IMG/VR virus record: IMGVR_UViG_3300047323_000694
Coordinates: 34,045-98,044 of that record
Length of the DNA: 64,000 bases
Origin: a virus
Reading direction: 5' to 3' (one strand)
Position numbers and translations under genes: made by a program. The notes below the pieces were generated by a model. It had not been told where the DNA came from. It saw nothing but the letters and a program-made list of their open reading frames with translations, and made no database searches. Below, piece by piece: positions 35,887-44,827 of the stretch. Each line of letters opens with the position of its first letter. Position 1 is the first letter of the stretch.

Positions 35887-37425
35887 TCAGGCACTCATCG
35901 CAGATTTATTACGAGCGTTCCGGCGCAAGAGCTTCGCCTTCCAGTCTTCGGTGAATTGATCGTCCGCAGCCACGGGCTCGGCGAATGTCAGAGCGAGGGC
36001 GTCGCCGTCGTCAGGGGAGCGGCGCAGTTCCTTCTTGATGACTTCTTTCTTGTCGAGCTTCAGCTGTCCATTGCTGCTGTACTGGTCGCCGCGAGCTGAC
36101 GTCAGGTCGCCATGCAGGCGGTCGTCGTCAGGAATGCAGGGCGTAATGTCGTCATGAATCCACTCGGCCATCTCTCCCCACATCTCGGAGCGCTTGTTGA
36201 AGTACTTGCGCTGGTCAGTCGCGGATGCGCCAAAGTTGACGGCGGTGACGCGATCGCCAAAGCCAAGCTCGACAAGACGGTCGTAAACCCCGGCGCCAAT
36301 GCCGCCAATGTCGATGAACATCATGCGGATGGTCGGATCTTCACGGAGCATGCGAGCCGCCTGCCCTGCTACCGCCATGGTGTCGGCTGAGTTGTTGCGC
36401 TCAAGGCCCCAGGCAACACGACCTTGACGATGAATGAACGACGAAGGGTCGCCACCACGGCCAGGATCGAGGCCGACGACGTGGGCGCCGATGCGAGGGG
36501 CGTTCTTGAGTGGCTTCTTGCGCGCCAGCGACACCTTGACGGTGTTGATCAGCGGCTTGTGACCGATGCGCTGGAATGCAAGGTCTACCGTGGCCGGATA
36601 TTCCTGGTTGAACCAGTTGTGATCGCCAGCAAAGTCCGTCTGGATCTTGGCTGCCCGCCAGGCCATTTGCTCCTCATCGAGGCTGTACGCCTCCATGTAT
36701 TCGTAATCTTCGTCGGAAAGGTCCAGGCCGTCGGCATTGCGCCGGTATTCCTGATCGGCGAACCAAGGGATGAACACGGCAACGTAGTCAGACTTGCCGG
36801 CCTCTGCCAGCCCCCAGAAGTCGTGGAACAGGTTGCCCATGCCATTGGCTGTGGATTCAATGATCGATTCGCTATCCTCGACCAACGGAACCGTCTGGCC
36901 GAGACCGGCCATGATCTTCTGAGCATTGGCCCAAAACGCCATTTCCGAGGCGTGCAGGTACTGGATGGTGTCGGACCGGCCAGCGCCTGGGCTTCCCGCA
37001 GTCGCCACCTTGTAGCCGCTACGCAGCTTTGCGAATGACAGTTCAGTGCCGGAGTTCGCCTTGATCGTCGGGCGAAGAGTGTCGTCGCTCAGCTCAAAGA
37101 AGGTCTTAGCCATGCCGAACAGGTTCTGCGTGGCCGCGTCCAAGTGCGTCAGGATCATGGTTCGTTTGCCGAACCCCATGCTTGTGCGCTTGTAGAATCG
37201 GGCGGCCACGTAGGTGCTGATGCCCTGCTGCCTGCCCTTCAGCACGATGATGCGCACCCAGCCCTTGTCAGCCTTCTGCTTCTCAATTGCCGCGTGCAGG
37301 ATTCGCTGGGCGTCGTTCCAAATGAAAGGGACGATCTCGCCTTTCTTCGTGCGGATCTTCAGATTGCGCGCGCAGTAAAGCTCATCGTCGGTGATGAGCT
37401 GGCTGAGCATGGCGTCGGCTGACAT
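35887..37425 (-). CDS. terL: Terminase large subunit
   Basis: LKGRQQGIST Walker A, LHASE Walker B, ESTANG, GLDPGRGGD and SPDDGDAL nuclease motifs. Confidence 0.93.
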   Translation of the reverse strand: MSADAMLSQLITDDELYCARNLKIRTKKGEIVPFIWNDAQRILHAAIEKQKADKGWVRIIVLKGRQQGISTYVAARFYKRTSMGFGKRTMILTHLDAATQNLFGMAKTFFELSDDTLRPTIKANSGTELSFAKLRSGYKVATAGSPGAGRSDTIQYLHASEMAFWANAQKIMAGLGQTVPLVEDSESIIESTANGMGNLFHDFWGLAEAGKSDYVAVFIPWFADQEYRRNADGLDLSDEDYEYMEAYSLDEEQMAWRAAKIQTDFAGDHNWFNQEYPATVDLAFQRIGHKPLINTVKVSLARKKPLKNAPRIGAHVVGLDPGRGGDPSSFIHRQGRVAWGLERNNSADTMAVAGQAARMLREDPTIRMMFIDIGGIGAGVYDRLVELGFGDRVTAVNFGASATDQRKYFNKRSEMWGEMAEWIHDDITPCIPDDDRLHGDLTSARGDQYSSNGQLKLDKKEVIKKELRRSPDDGDALALTFAEPVAADDQFTEDWKAKLLRRNARNKSAMSA

Positions 37426-37428
37426 GGG

Positions 37429-37713
37429 TTAGACCAGCATCCAGTCGTCGGCCAGCATGTCGGTTTGCGAGGCGAGCCATCCGGGCTGCATCTCGCCGGT
37501 AGCCGTCTTCATGTCGATGTGCGGATTGATCGTGAACGAGCCGGTTACGCCAGCCTTGTGATAGGCGCTGCCTTCTCGGACTTCGCCAACTACGGAACCA
37601 GGATCGAGCACCAGCCACATGCCTTTACCGTTCCATCCAGCACGGGCAACACGCTGGCCTTGTTTCAGCGCTTCGATTGCCGCCCCGAAAGTCATTTGGT
37701 CGATCTGACTCAT
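37429..37713 (-). CDS. DUF2829 / Tad2-like protein (candidate immune-signal sponge)
   Basis: MTFG.AIEALKQG.RVAR.GWNGKGM.L...HIDMKTA.G...GWLASQTDMLA.DW. Confidence 0.8.
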   Translation of the reverse strand: MSQIDQMTFGAAIEALKQGQRVARAGWNGKGMWLVLDPGSVVGEVREGSAYHKAGVTGSFTINPHIDMKTATGEMQPGWLASQTDMLADDWMLV

Positions 37714-37781
37714 AACCCGCCCCTATCTCATTTATCGATGGGGCGACGTTATGTGGCTGGATCGGGAGTGCAACAAGATGA

Positions 37782-38273
37782 TCAGAGCTTGGCTTTGATC
37801 TCTTCTGCGAAGGTTTTGGCGATATGCTGGGCCAGGTCGCGCTTGTCGATGTTGCGCAGACCTGACTGGCTGATGCTGTACGCCAGGTCGTCCCGATCGG
37901 ACCTGAGATAGACGTGGGTGTTGCCGGTCAGTAGATCCAGCCTCAGCTCAGATCGGTAGACGTCGAGCATGTAGCACGACATATCAACGAAATCCGTGAG
38001 CTGGGCCTGTGAGTAGAGCTGAGTTACATCCAGCGCTATGGGCATAGGTAGGCCGAACTGGCTCCGGATCTCCCGAACCTGAATCGTCTCAGGAGGAAGC
38101 CCTACAAAGTGCTTGCCCAGCACCCCGGCAACGCCCTCAATCACGCCCCGCTGATCAGCCAGTGTCTTGCTAAGCATCTGCTGCTGGCCCGCCATGAACT
38201 GAACGGTAATGGCAGCGCTATCAATCTGGTGTTGCATCCTGCGCTTCTGGTTCCTGCCGAATCTCTTACTCAT
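37782..38273 (-). CDS. Hypothetical protein
   Basis: Start MSKRFGRNQKRRM; preceded by a variant of the late motif. Confidence 0.65.
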   Translation of the reverse strand: MSKRFGRNQKRRMQHQIDSAAITVQFMAGQQQMLSKTLADQRGVIEGVAGVLGKHFVGLPPETIQVREIRSQFGLPMPIALDVTQLYSQAQLTDFVDMSCYMLDVYRSELRLDLLTGNTHVYLRSDRDDLAYSISQSGLRNIDKRDLAQHIAKTFAEEIKAKL

Positions 38274-38362
38274 GAATCCGCCCCCAGTCGTTTGTGTAGA
38301 GCTGGGAGCTTCTGTGGCTGAACCGCGCGCGCAAGGGATCTGCAGCAATCCTCAGCAAAGAT

Positions 38363-38413
38363 AATCATTTATGATTTATTTAATCATAAGTGTTGTATTT
38401 AATCATTTATGAT
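38363..38413. promoter_or_regulatory. hicAB operator palindromes
   Basis: AATCATTTATGATT (38363-38376) and AATCATTTATGAT (38401-38413) upstream of hicA. Confidence 0.6.
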
Positions 38414-38451
38414 GTAGAATGAACCCATCAGCAAAACACAAAGGAGGGCTG

Positions 38452-38634
38452 ATGAAATGTAACGAGTTCAAGCGGTGGCTACTGGCTCAAGGAGTAGAGG
38501 TTTCAAAGAAGCGCAAAAAGCACTTCAAACTCTACTTCAACGGCAAGCAAACCACCCTTCCTGACCACGGAGCCAAGGAAATGGCAGAAGGGACAAGAAG
38601 GGCAATCATCAAACAACTGGGCCTCAAGGATTGA
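38452..38634 (+). CDS. hicA: HicA-family toxin
   Basis: MK..EFKRWL..QGV......HFKL..NGKQT.LPDHG.KE...GT..AI.KQLGL. Confidence 0.88.
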   Translation: MKCNEFKRWLLAQGVEVSKKRKKHFKLYFNGKQTTLPDHGAKEMAEGTRRAIIKQLGLKD

Positions 38635-38684
38635 GGCTCCACCCTGATGACAGCTTGAATTCAGCCCTCACTCATCACAGAGGA

Positions 38685-39410
38685 ATGACAATGTACGAAT
38701 ATCCGATTATTTGTCGAGAAGACGTAGGCAGCTGGTGGTCGTCCTGCCCGGACATTCCAGAGGCTCACAGCGCCGGTGATTCCCTTGAGGAATTGCTGGC
38801 GAACGCCGTGGACGGAATAACGCTCGCCCTGTCGATCTACGTTGATCAGGGTCGAGTGATTCCGCCTGCATCTACGCCAGAGGAAGGCCAACCAACCGTG
38901 CAGCTTCCAGCTCAGACCGTCGCCAAGATCGTGCTGTGGAACGCAATGCGCGAAAAAGGAATGCGCGTAGCAGACCTGGCCCGCGCCCTGGGGCTGTCGC
39001 ATCCCGTTACTAACCGTCTGGTCGACTTTGAGCACAATTCAAAGATCGAACAGGTGGAAAACGCACTGAAGGCGCTCGGCACCTCGATCAAAAAAGGATC
39101 GCGGTCGTCTACTTGGATTGTCCTTCCGTACGGCGGCCCTGAAGCTGGCTTCTATGCTGAGCGCCTAGTCGATACGTTCAAGGAGTTGAAGGTAACGGAA
39201 ATGGTGATAGGCGCTGTAGCCGGCCCTCTAAGCCAGATCAAAACCGACTCACTGGATTATCTTTTGCGCACTCGCTACGCCAAGAGCACCAGCACCATGC
39301 AAGCGGTAACAGAGGTCGTTGACGCTCTTGTGGCTACCGGAATGTTTGTGCGCGTGAATGTGCCTGGCACTAACAACAGTCGCCCATTGAAAGCGATCCG
39401 ACTTAGCTGA
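38685..39410 (+). CDS. hicB: HicB-family antitoxin with HTH and an extra C-terminal domain
   Basis: CPDIPEAHS.GDS.EE...A.D, AKI.L.N.M....ADLAR.LG...V.RL.D..H.SKI, then ~100 additional residues. Confidence 0.85.
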   Translation: MTMYEYPIICREDVGSWWSSCPDIPEAHSAGDSLEELLANAVDGITLALSIYVDQGRVIPPASTPEEGQPTVQLPAQTVAKIVLWNAMREKGMRVADLARALGLSHPVTNRLVDFEHNSKIEQVENALKALGTSIKKGSRSSTWIVLPYGGPEAGFYAERLVDTFKELKVTEMVIGAVAGPLSQIKTDSLDYLLRTRYAKSTSTMQAVTEVVDALVATGMFVRVNVPGTNNSRPLKAIRLS

Positions 39411-39418
39411 TTTTCGTG

Positions 39419-39455
39419 CGCGCCACGTTTTCGCTTGAGGGCGTTTCGTGGCGCG
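39419..39455. repeat. Palindrome CGCGCCACG-N19-CGTGGCGCG (copy 2)
   Basis: Between the convergent hicB and terS genes. Confidence 0.75.
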
Positions 39456-39465
39456 GATTAATTGC

Positions 39466-40068
39466 TCACTCCCCCTTCATCAGCCGCGCTAGGCGGTCTT
39501 CGTAGGATTCGTCGGCGGTATCCTCGGTCAGCCCGAACGCCTGAGCCTCAAGCGCAAACAGCGTCTTCATCGTTTCCGAAAGCTCTTTGTTCATCTTGAT
39601 GCGGCCCTGCAGGTCGATGACTTTGTGGTACGCATCATTGAGCCTGTCCAGGCCATTATCGTCCGGCGACTCCATCAGCTCGCCAAGCTTCACGAACAGT
39701 TCACGGTTGTCGGTGATGAACTCCAGTTCCTGAATCAGCTTGTCAGTGAGCGTCGACGCTTTGGTAACGCGCTCCCGGCGACCAAGCTTGATCTCTTTCA
39801 GCAGCTCTGCACCGATCTCTACCTGGCGAACTTCGGAGACAATTGCCTCGCTGCGTACCGCTTTGCGTACCTCTTCCTTGCGTACCAGTTCATCAGCACG
39901 CATTTTGATCTTGGTGTTGAGGTCACGGCTCCAGTTGTCACGCTTGGCGCGTTTGCGGATGGCGCCTTCTGATACTGAGTGAAGCGAGCCCATCTCGCGC
40001 AAGGTCATGATGCCCGCGCGGTAGTCGAGCTCTATCCGCTCCCAGTCAGTGGGCTTCTTTTCGGTCAC
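39466..40068 (-). CDS. terS: Terminase small subunit
   Basis: DWERIE.DYRAG..TLREM...H.VSEGAIRKRAKR..W.RDL HTH; upstream of terL. Confidence 0.8.
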   Translation of the reverse strand: MTEKKPTDWERIELDYRAGIMTLREMGSLHSVSEGAIRKRAKRDNWSRDLNTKIKMRADELVRKEEVRKAVRSEAIVSEVRQVEIGAELLKEIKLGRRERVTKASTLTDKLIQELEFITDNRELFVKLGELMESPDDNGLDRLNDAYHKVIDLQGRIKMNKELSETMKTLFALEAQAFGLTEDTADESYEDRLARLMKGE

Positions 40069-40505
40069 TTGGCACCGCCAGAGTTAACAACGAGCCTTCT
40101 CACGACCCCACCTGTTCCCGTGTCTCGCTTCTTGGCAGCATGGACAGCCTCGGCTGCAGTTGCGCCCATATCCATAGCAACAAGCGCGTAATCCTGGCCG
40201 CTGCCAATCGCGTATGGTCTTTCGAGCCAGATAGGGGTCTTGCAGAGCCCGTCTTTGTCGTTGTAAGCCGCGTAGCATAGCGACCCACCATCAACCACCA
40301 AGGCCGAGGCTTCTACGGTGCCGGTTACTGGCTCGCCGAACCAGGCAGCGATCAGCTTGGGGTAATCGCACATGTACCCAGACAGTACGAACTTGACACC
40401 TTTCACCTCATGGCACTTTTCATAGTCGTCATAAGTGACGGTGTTGCCGTTGGTGATTTGTGAGTCATAGGCTATCACGCCGTTCTTATAGGCAATGGTT
40501 GTCAT
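40065..40505 (-). CDS. Proteasome-beta/HslV-like Ntn-hydrolase
   Basis: N-terminal (M)TTIAY..G.IA.DS, AIGSG..YA..AM..G.TA.EAV..A..RD..TGG. Confidence 0.7.
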   Translation of the reverse strand: MTTIAYKNGVIAYDSQITNGNTVTYDDYEKCHEVKGVKFVLSGYMCDYPKLIAAWFGEPVTGTVEASALVVDGGSLCYAAYNDKDGLCKTPIWLERPYAIGSGQDYALVAMDMGATAAEAVHAAKKRDTGTGGVVRRLVVNSGGAK

Positions 40506-40533
40506 AGCACTGCTCCCGTGCTTGATTGATCGA

Positions 40534-40857
40534 TTACAGCGCTTTCTTGGCCAGGGCGATCAGGTGATCCCATTCGGCCTCGATGTCGTGGCCCAGGGTG
40601 ATAAGGAGGGCTTTGAGCTTGCCTGTGTCGACCGTGGCTTGCGGCGCGCCTGTCGGGGTGGTGGACTGCAGTGGCGTGGCCGGTGTCGAGCTGGCAACGC
40701 CGGTCAGCGAGAGGTTGTTATCAGCAGCCGGGGCGGACGCCAATGCCGGTTGTGCCGATACCGAAATGCCAGAGTTTGCCGGTACTGCTTGCGATTCGTT
40801 GTCCATGGGTAAATCCTCTTGATGTGGTTTGGGCCTGAATAGGTTGAGCCAGCTCAT
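40534..40857 (-). CDS. Hypothetical protein
   Basis: Low-complexity N-terminus, helical C-terminus; coupled to the lysis genes. Confidence 0.55.
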   Translation of the reverse strand: MSWLNLFRPKPHQEDLPMDNESQAVPANSGISVSAQPALASAPAADNNLSLTGVASSTPATPLQSTTPTGAPQATVDTGKLKALLITLGHDIEAEWDHLIALAKKAL

Positions 40858-41201
40858 TCACCTTTCCGGCGCTCAGTCTGGGCCTCGCCTGGCCCGAAGT
40901 TGACGCAGTGCTCACAGTTGAGATGGCGGCAGATCCAGGCCTTGACGGTCAGCCAGTAGGTGACCATGAAGATGTGGCGCACCCCGGCAAGGGCCAGGGC
41001 GGCATGAAAGGTGACACCCGCGACCGTGGGGGTGATGAAGAACGTTTCGTCGCGCTGGACGATGGCGTAGCCCGCCATGGCGATGGTGGCGTAGATGCAC
41101 TTGCCAACGATGCCGTCCCGCACCTTGGGGCTGAGCATCGACCACAAGGCCCAAGCTGAAATGATTGCGATGAAGGTGGTGCTCAGGAATTGAAGCGTCA
41201 T
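40854..41201 (-). CDS. Membrane protein of the lysis cassette (holin/antiholin-like)
   Basis: Three hydrophobic segments; follows the holin. Confidence 0.6.
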   Translation of the reverse strand: MTLQFLSTTFIAIISAWALWSMLSPKVRDGIVGKCIYATIAMAGYAIVQRDETFFITPTVAGVTFHAALALAGVRHIFMVTYWLTVKAWICRHLNCEHCVNFGPGEAQTERRKGE

Positions 41202-41524
41202 TAGCTGCCTCCTCCGAACTTTGAGCGTATGAGCGCCCAAAGGTCAGCGGCTTTAATCGCGCGGTTAATGGCCGTCATCAAGGAGCCACCAAAGGTCCCC
41301 AGCAGAAAGCCAACCCCGGCGACATTGCTGGGCTCCGTGATACCTAAGTGCGAACTGACCATCCCCGTCAGATAGAGCGCACATGCCACACCTGTGATCA
41401 TGAAGATGATCCAGGCTTTGTAATCGACCAAATCGTCTCGGTGCCACCAACTGGCGACCAGTGAGCCGATCAGGCCTGCGACGATTACGTCGATTTTCTC
41501 AAAGAGCCGATACACGAACTCCAT
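41201..41524 (-). CDS. Holin
   Basis: 107 aa, three TM helices, GFLLGTFGGSL; first gene of the late region. Confidence 0.72.
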   Translation of the reverse strand: MEFVYRLFEKIDVIVAGLIGSLVASWWHRDDLVDYKAWIIFMITGVACALYLTGMVSSHLGITEPSNVAGVGFLLGTFGGSLMTAINRAIKAADLWALIRSKFGGGS

Positions 41525-41590
41525 GCTCGGCCCTCGCTGTGTGATTTGTCATCGTCGGCCCTTGGGCTTGATTGCTACTTGCCATCAGGC

Positions 41591-41603
41591 TATGTGGCTG
41601 GAT
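41591..41603 (-). promoter_or_regulatory. Late-promoter-like motif ATCCAGCCACATA (first of at least 6 copies)
   Basis: Other copies at 37750, 32540, 21122, 17838 and 11076; variants at 38313 and 5705; all intergenic and in the same orientation. Confidence 0.65.
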
Positions 41604-41673
41604 CGACGATGCAACACTTGCCCTCCCCGATCAGCCACGTGTACTGACCGCTCAATCCAAAGGGGCATTCCAC

Positions 41674-41940
41674 ATGACACAACGACAATTCAGCAGTAAC
41701 ACCCGCGATTCGGCTTACTTCGCAATCACCGAAGTGATGGCGCTGACCGCTGATACCATGGACCAGGGCGAATCCGACGCCCTGCTGGTGATTACGCTGT
41801 CCGGCAACGGCGAGAACGCCATCCTGGGTGGCACTCTGGATTCGGAGAAGATCACCCGGCTCCAGGCCCTGCTCGACGATCTAAAATTCCGCGCAGCATC
41901 CGAAGGCGATGGCGACAAGGTTCTGCACGTCTGGCGCTAA
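41674..41940 (+). CDS. Small acidic hypothetical protein
   Basis: 88 aa from MTQRQ, opposite to its neighbours. Confidence 0.55.
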   Translation: MTQRQFSSNTRDSAYFAITEVMALTADTMDQGESDALLVITLSGNGENAILGGTLDSEKITRLQALLDDLKFRAASEGDGDKVLHVWR

Positions 41941-42299
41941 GCGTGCATCCTCCAGTTCGACATAAACGTCGTCCGGCGCAGTTCCGGCTTCAGGGCCTCG
42001 GTCCAGCCATCTCCCCTGAGTCGACGCATCTTCACTGTGTTCCACTTGATGCCCAGCCTGGCCGCCCACTCAGCGGCCGGAAGGGTTATCCCGTCTCGGG
42101 TGATCGGTGTAGCCCCGGCGCAAGTCGTGTCCCGGTGCGGCATCCGGGGGATGTATGTAGCCAACGCCAGAACAGGCGCAGTGAAGTCGATGCACAGTTG
42201 CTCAGGCTGAGGGCCTGATTCGGCCCGGGCCTTCGGTACAAGTCGAAGGCGCGGACGTACTGACTGAGCTGGCAACTCGAATGACATCTGCTCTGGCAT
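41937..42299 (-). CDS. Putative late-gene regulator (HTH-like, Q position)
   Basis: AEWAARLGIKWNTVKMRRLRG.GW; last gene of the nin block. Confidence 0.5.
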   Translation of the reverse strand: MPEQMSFELPAQSVRPRLRLVPKARAESGPQPEQLCIDFTAPVLALATYIPRMPHRDTTCAGATPITRDGITLPAAEWAARLGIKWNTVKMRRLRGDGWTEALKPELRRTTFMSNWRMHA

Positions 42300-42313
42300 G
42301 GTCTACCCCTCCG

Positions 42314-42934
42314 TTAAGCGGACTTCTTCAGCTCTCGCGTTTTTGCTCGGTACTCGGCCTTCAGCGCCTTCAATTCCTCAATCGTGTAGCGCCGCGGCTC
42401 GCAAGGCCCGATCAATTCCTCCAATGCGCGCAACCCGATCCGGCGCTCAAGCTCAGGCTTGAACCCCAAGATGTTGCCGCTCAAATGGTTATTGCAGATG
42501 GAGCAGGCCTTATGGACGTTGGCCGGATTGAAGCGGTGCTCTGGCGACGATCCGACGCTGAGAAAATGCGATGCGTGCCATTGCCCCTGCCAGGTCGCCG
42601 GCTTATTGCAGCTCACGCAGCCAAGGTCGGCGTCACGTAGCCGGATCCACTGGTTAAAGGCTTGTTGGGCCTCACGCATGTGATCGGCCCGACTCTTCAC
42701 CCTCTCCTTCGCCGCCCGATGCTCCTTGCGCCCCACATCAGCCAGAGCCTTGCGCGCCTGTTTCAGGTTCTCCGGTGGCAGAGCGATGGCGCAGGCAGGG
42801 CTGCATACCTTCTGACCGACACGCGAAGGCAGGAAGGCTTCAGCGCAGTGGGCGCACTTCTTCTTGCGGGGTGTGCGTGGGTTTATGCCGCTGGCCTTGA
42901 GGGGGACGGTCCGCTTCAGTTCTGTGCGCCTCAT
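42314..42934 (-). CDS. ninG: NinG/Rap recombination nuclease
   Basis: AQ.AFN.WIRLRD...CVSC, ASHF.S.G, N.HK.C..CN..LSGN. Confidence 0.9.
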   Translation of the reverse strand: MRRTELKRTVPLKASGINPRTPRKKKCAHCAEAFLPSRVGQKVCSPACAIALPPENLKQARKALADVGRKEHRAAKERVKSRADHMREAQQAFNQWIRLRDADLGCVSCNKPATWQGQWHASHFLSVGSSPEHRFNPANVHKACSICNNHLSGNILGFKPELERRIGLRALEELIGPCEPRRYTIEELKALKAEYRAKTRELKKSA

Positions 42935-43518
42935 GCGAAGCTCCCCATCTGATCTGCAGCACTCAGCGCGTCCTGCTCGCTCTCGAAGTGGGCGGACAAC
43001 ACCAGGCGCCAGCAGGCGCTGAACACGTCGCGGTAAAGTGGCTCAAACGCCAGATCGTCCATGGATGACCAACTGATCGACTTGGCCTCTTTGCGGATGC
43101 CGTCAGGGGTCTGCACCAGATGGAAGTGGCCAGCCTCGATCGTCACCCACTCACGGAAAGCCTCGCGGCTCTTGTCGACTGCCGGGAAGCGCTCAGCCCG
43201 GTCCGACTCCAGCTTGGCGAGATAGGCAGCTACGGCGCCGGTCAGCTGTCCCGGCTTGCCGTTCAGCTCTTCGAAGTACTTGGCCAGCCCCTGGATTCCG
43301 CGCATCTCCTGGCGAGGGATTAGGCCGCCGACCGGCTCCCAGTAATCCCAGGCCAGATCCAGCATGCAGAAGAACTTGCCGTGGAACTTGGCGTTACGCA
43401 TCTTGGTGAACTTGCCGTGGATGACCTGGCCCAGCTTCCATTTCTGAGCCAGTTCACGGTCAGCTTCGGTTGCTGGGACAAGGCCCTGGGCGGTGCGGAT
43501 GAGTGCTAGGTCAGCCAT
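42931..43518 (-). CDS. DUF1367-family protein
   Basis: RN.KFH.KFF..L.LAWDYWEP.GG, AFR.WVT.EAGH, KSIS...MD...F..LY. Confidence 0.8.
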   Translation of the reverse strand: MADLALIRTAQGLVPATEADRELAQKWKLGQVIHGKFTKMRNAKFHGKFFCMLDLAWDYWEPVGGLIPRQEMRGIQGLAKYFEELNGKPGQLTGAVAAYLAKLESDRAERFPAVDKSREAFREWVTIEAGHFHLVQTPDGIRKEAKSISWSSMDDLAFEPLYRDVFSACWRLVLSAHFESEQDALSAADQMGSFA

Positions 43519-43661
43519 GACGCACCTCCCGATACTTGGCCCATGCCCCGGCAAGACAGTGACCCGCGAAAAACACGCCGCAGGCCAGCGCAAACCATGG
43601 GCTCGACTCAACGTTGGCCGCGACTAGCCAGAGAGGCGCGCAGATACCGTGATATTGGCAG

Positions 43662-44261
43662 TCAGTCATCATTGCTCTGCCCTCCCTGCCCCAGCGCATC
43701 CTGAACGATAGATTTGATCGCCTCGCATTCGCCGTAGAAGTCGTTAGGGTTAATTTGCGGAGTACCCCAGTTCACCAGGTCACGGACAAGGCACTCCGTA
43801 TTGCCTTCAACGTGATTGAACACGTCGATCAGCGCTTTCCGCAGCCCTTCGCACTCAGCCTTGAGGTGGGTGTATTCCGCGACTTTCTCGGCGTCCTGGC
43901 GCAGGAGCTTCGATGTTTCGGCGGTACGAATCAGCGTGCGGACAAGGCTCAGCCATCGCGCCGCCGATTCTTCTCCGCTTTCCGGGGTAGACACTCCGAG
44001 ATACCCCAGCACCCTGCATAGCCGCTCTACGTCCTCGTAGTTTGGCTCTACACACCGCAAGCTTTCGCACTCAGCCTTGAGCGCGTCACGCTCGGCGAGC
44101 AGGCCGGTCAGCTCTTCCTCGGCCGCATCGATCACCTTCTGGGCTTCGTGCTGGTCGATCCAGTTGCCGCCTTCCATCTTCTGGACGCGATTGCCGGACG
44201 GGCTGAGCAGAAACATGTAAGCGGGGATGGCGCAGATACGCTTCCAGTATTTGCCAGTCAT
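43662..44261 (-). CDS. Hypothetical nin-region protein
   Basis: Coiled-coil LKAECE repeats; coupled starts and stops. Confidence 0.6.
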   Translation of the reverse strand: MTGKYWKRICAIPAYMFLLSPSGNRVQKMEGGNWIDQHEAQKVIDAAEEELTGLLAERDALKAECESLRCVEPNYEDVERLCRVLGYLGVSTPESGEESAARWLSLVRTLIRTAETSKLLRQDAEKVAEYTHLKAECEGLRKALIDVFNHVEGNTECLVRDLVNWGTPQINPNDFYGECEAIKSIVQDALGQGGQSNDD

Positions 44262-44827
44262 TGGTCGAACTCCTTGAGCAATTGGCGTGCGACCATGACT
44301 GCCCACTTATCACCGGATGTCTTGCCGATGTCCTTGAGGAATTCGCGCATCCGCCCGTTCTGGGCCTTGAGGTCGTTGACCATTCCAAGCAGCTCATCAC
44401 CGTCGCTGTTCATGTCGGCGCCGAGCGCTTCACCTATGGCACCCATGCCCATGCAGGCCGCCAGGAGCATCCGCTGGTTGCGCTCCGCGTCTTTGATCAG
44501 CCCCAGCACTGCGGCAGGATTGGCGGCGGCGATGAAGGAGTCATCGTCGTGATGGATTCCGTGGATTTCGCCGGACTTGTCATCGGCGTAGCGCAAGTCG
44601 CCTGGCTTGTACCACTCATCAATGGGCGATGCTTTTTCAGCCAGCGCCTTCAGCTCTTCATTGGTCATGGCTGAACCTCGCTCAGCGTCCACGACTGCCG
44701 GGGACGTCTTGCTGTCATAGCGCACATTCGTATGCACCAGAGTTGAGGCGCCGCACCCGCCATGAGGTGAGCACATCCCCGGCGTCTGGCAGCGCATCAT
44801 CGATTTGCGGCAGATCAGATCACTCAT
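44258..44827 (-). CDS. Ead/Ea22-like protein
   Basis: LKALAEKA.P..W and FIAAANPAAVL.LI motifs. Confidence 0.7.
   Translation of the reverse strand: MSDLICRKSMMRCQTPGMCSPHGGCGASTLVHTNVRYDSKTSPAVVDAERGSAMTNEELKALAEKASPIDEWYKPGDLRYADDKSGEIHGIHHDDDSFIAAANPAAVLGLIKDAERNQRMLLAACMGMGAIGEALGADMNSDGDELLGMVNDLKAQNGRMREFLKDIGKTSGDKWAVMVARQLLKEFDQ

Noticed and set aside
29707-37038. Long plus-strand ORFs (29707-30774, 30752-31816, 32519-33682, 34137-35171, 36424-37038)
   Set aside because: Antisense shadows of GC-rich head and terminase genes with no recognisable motifs
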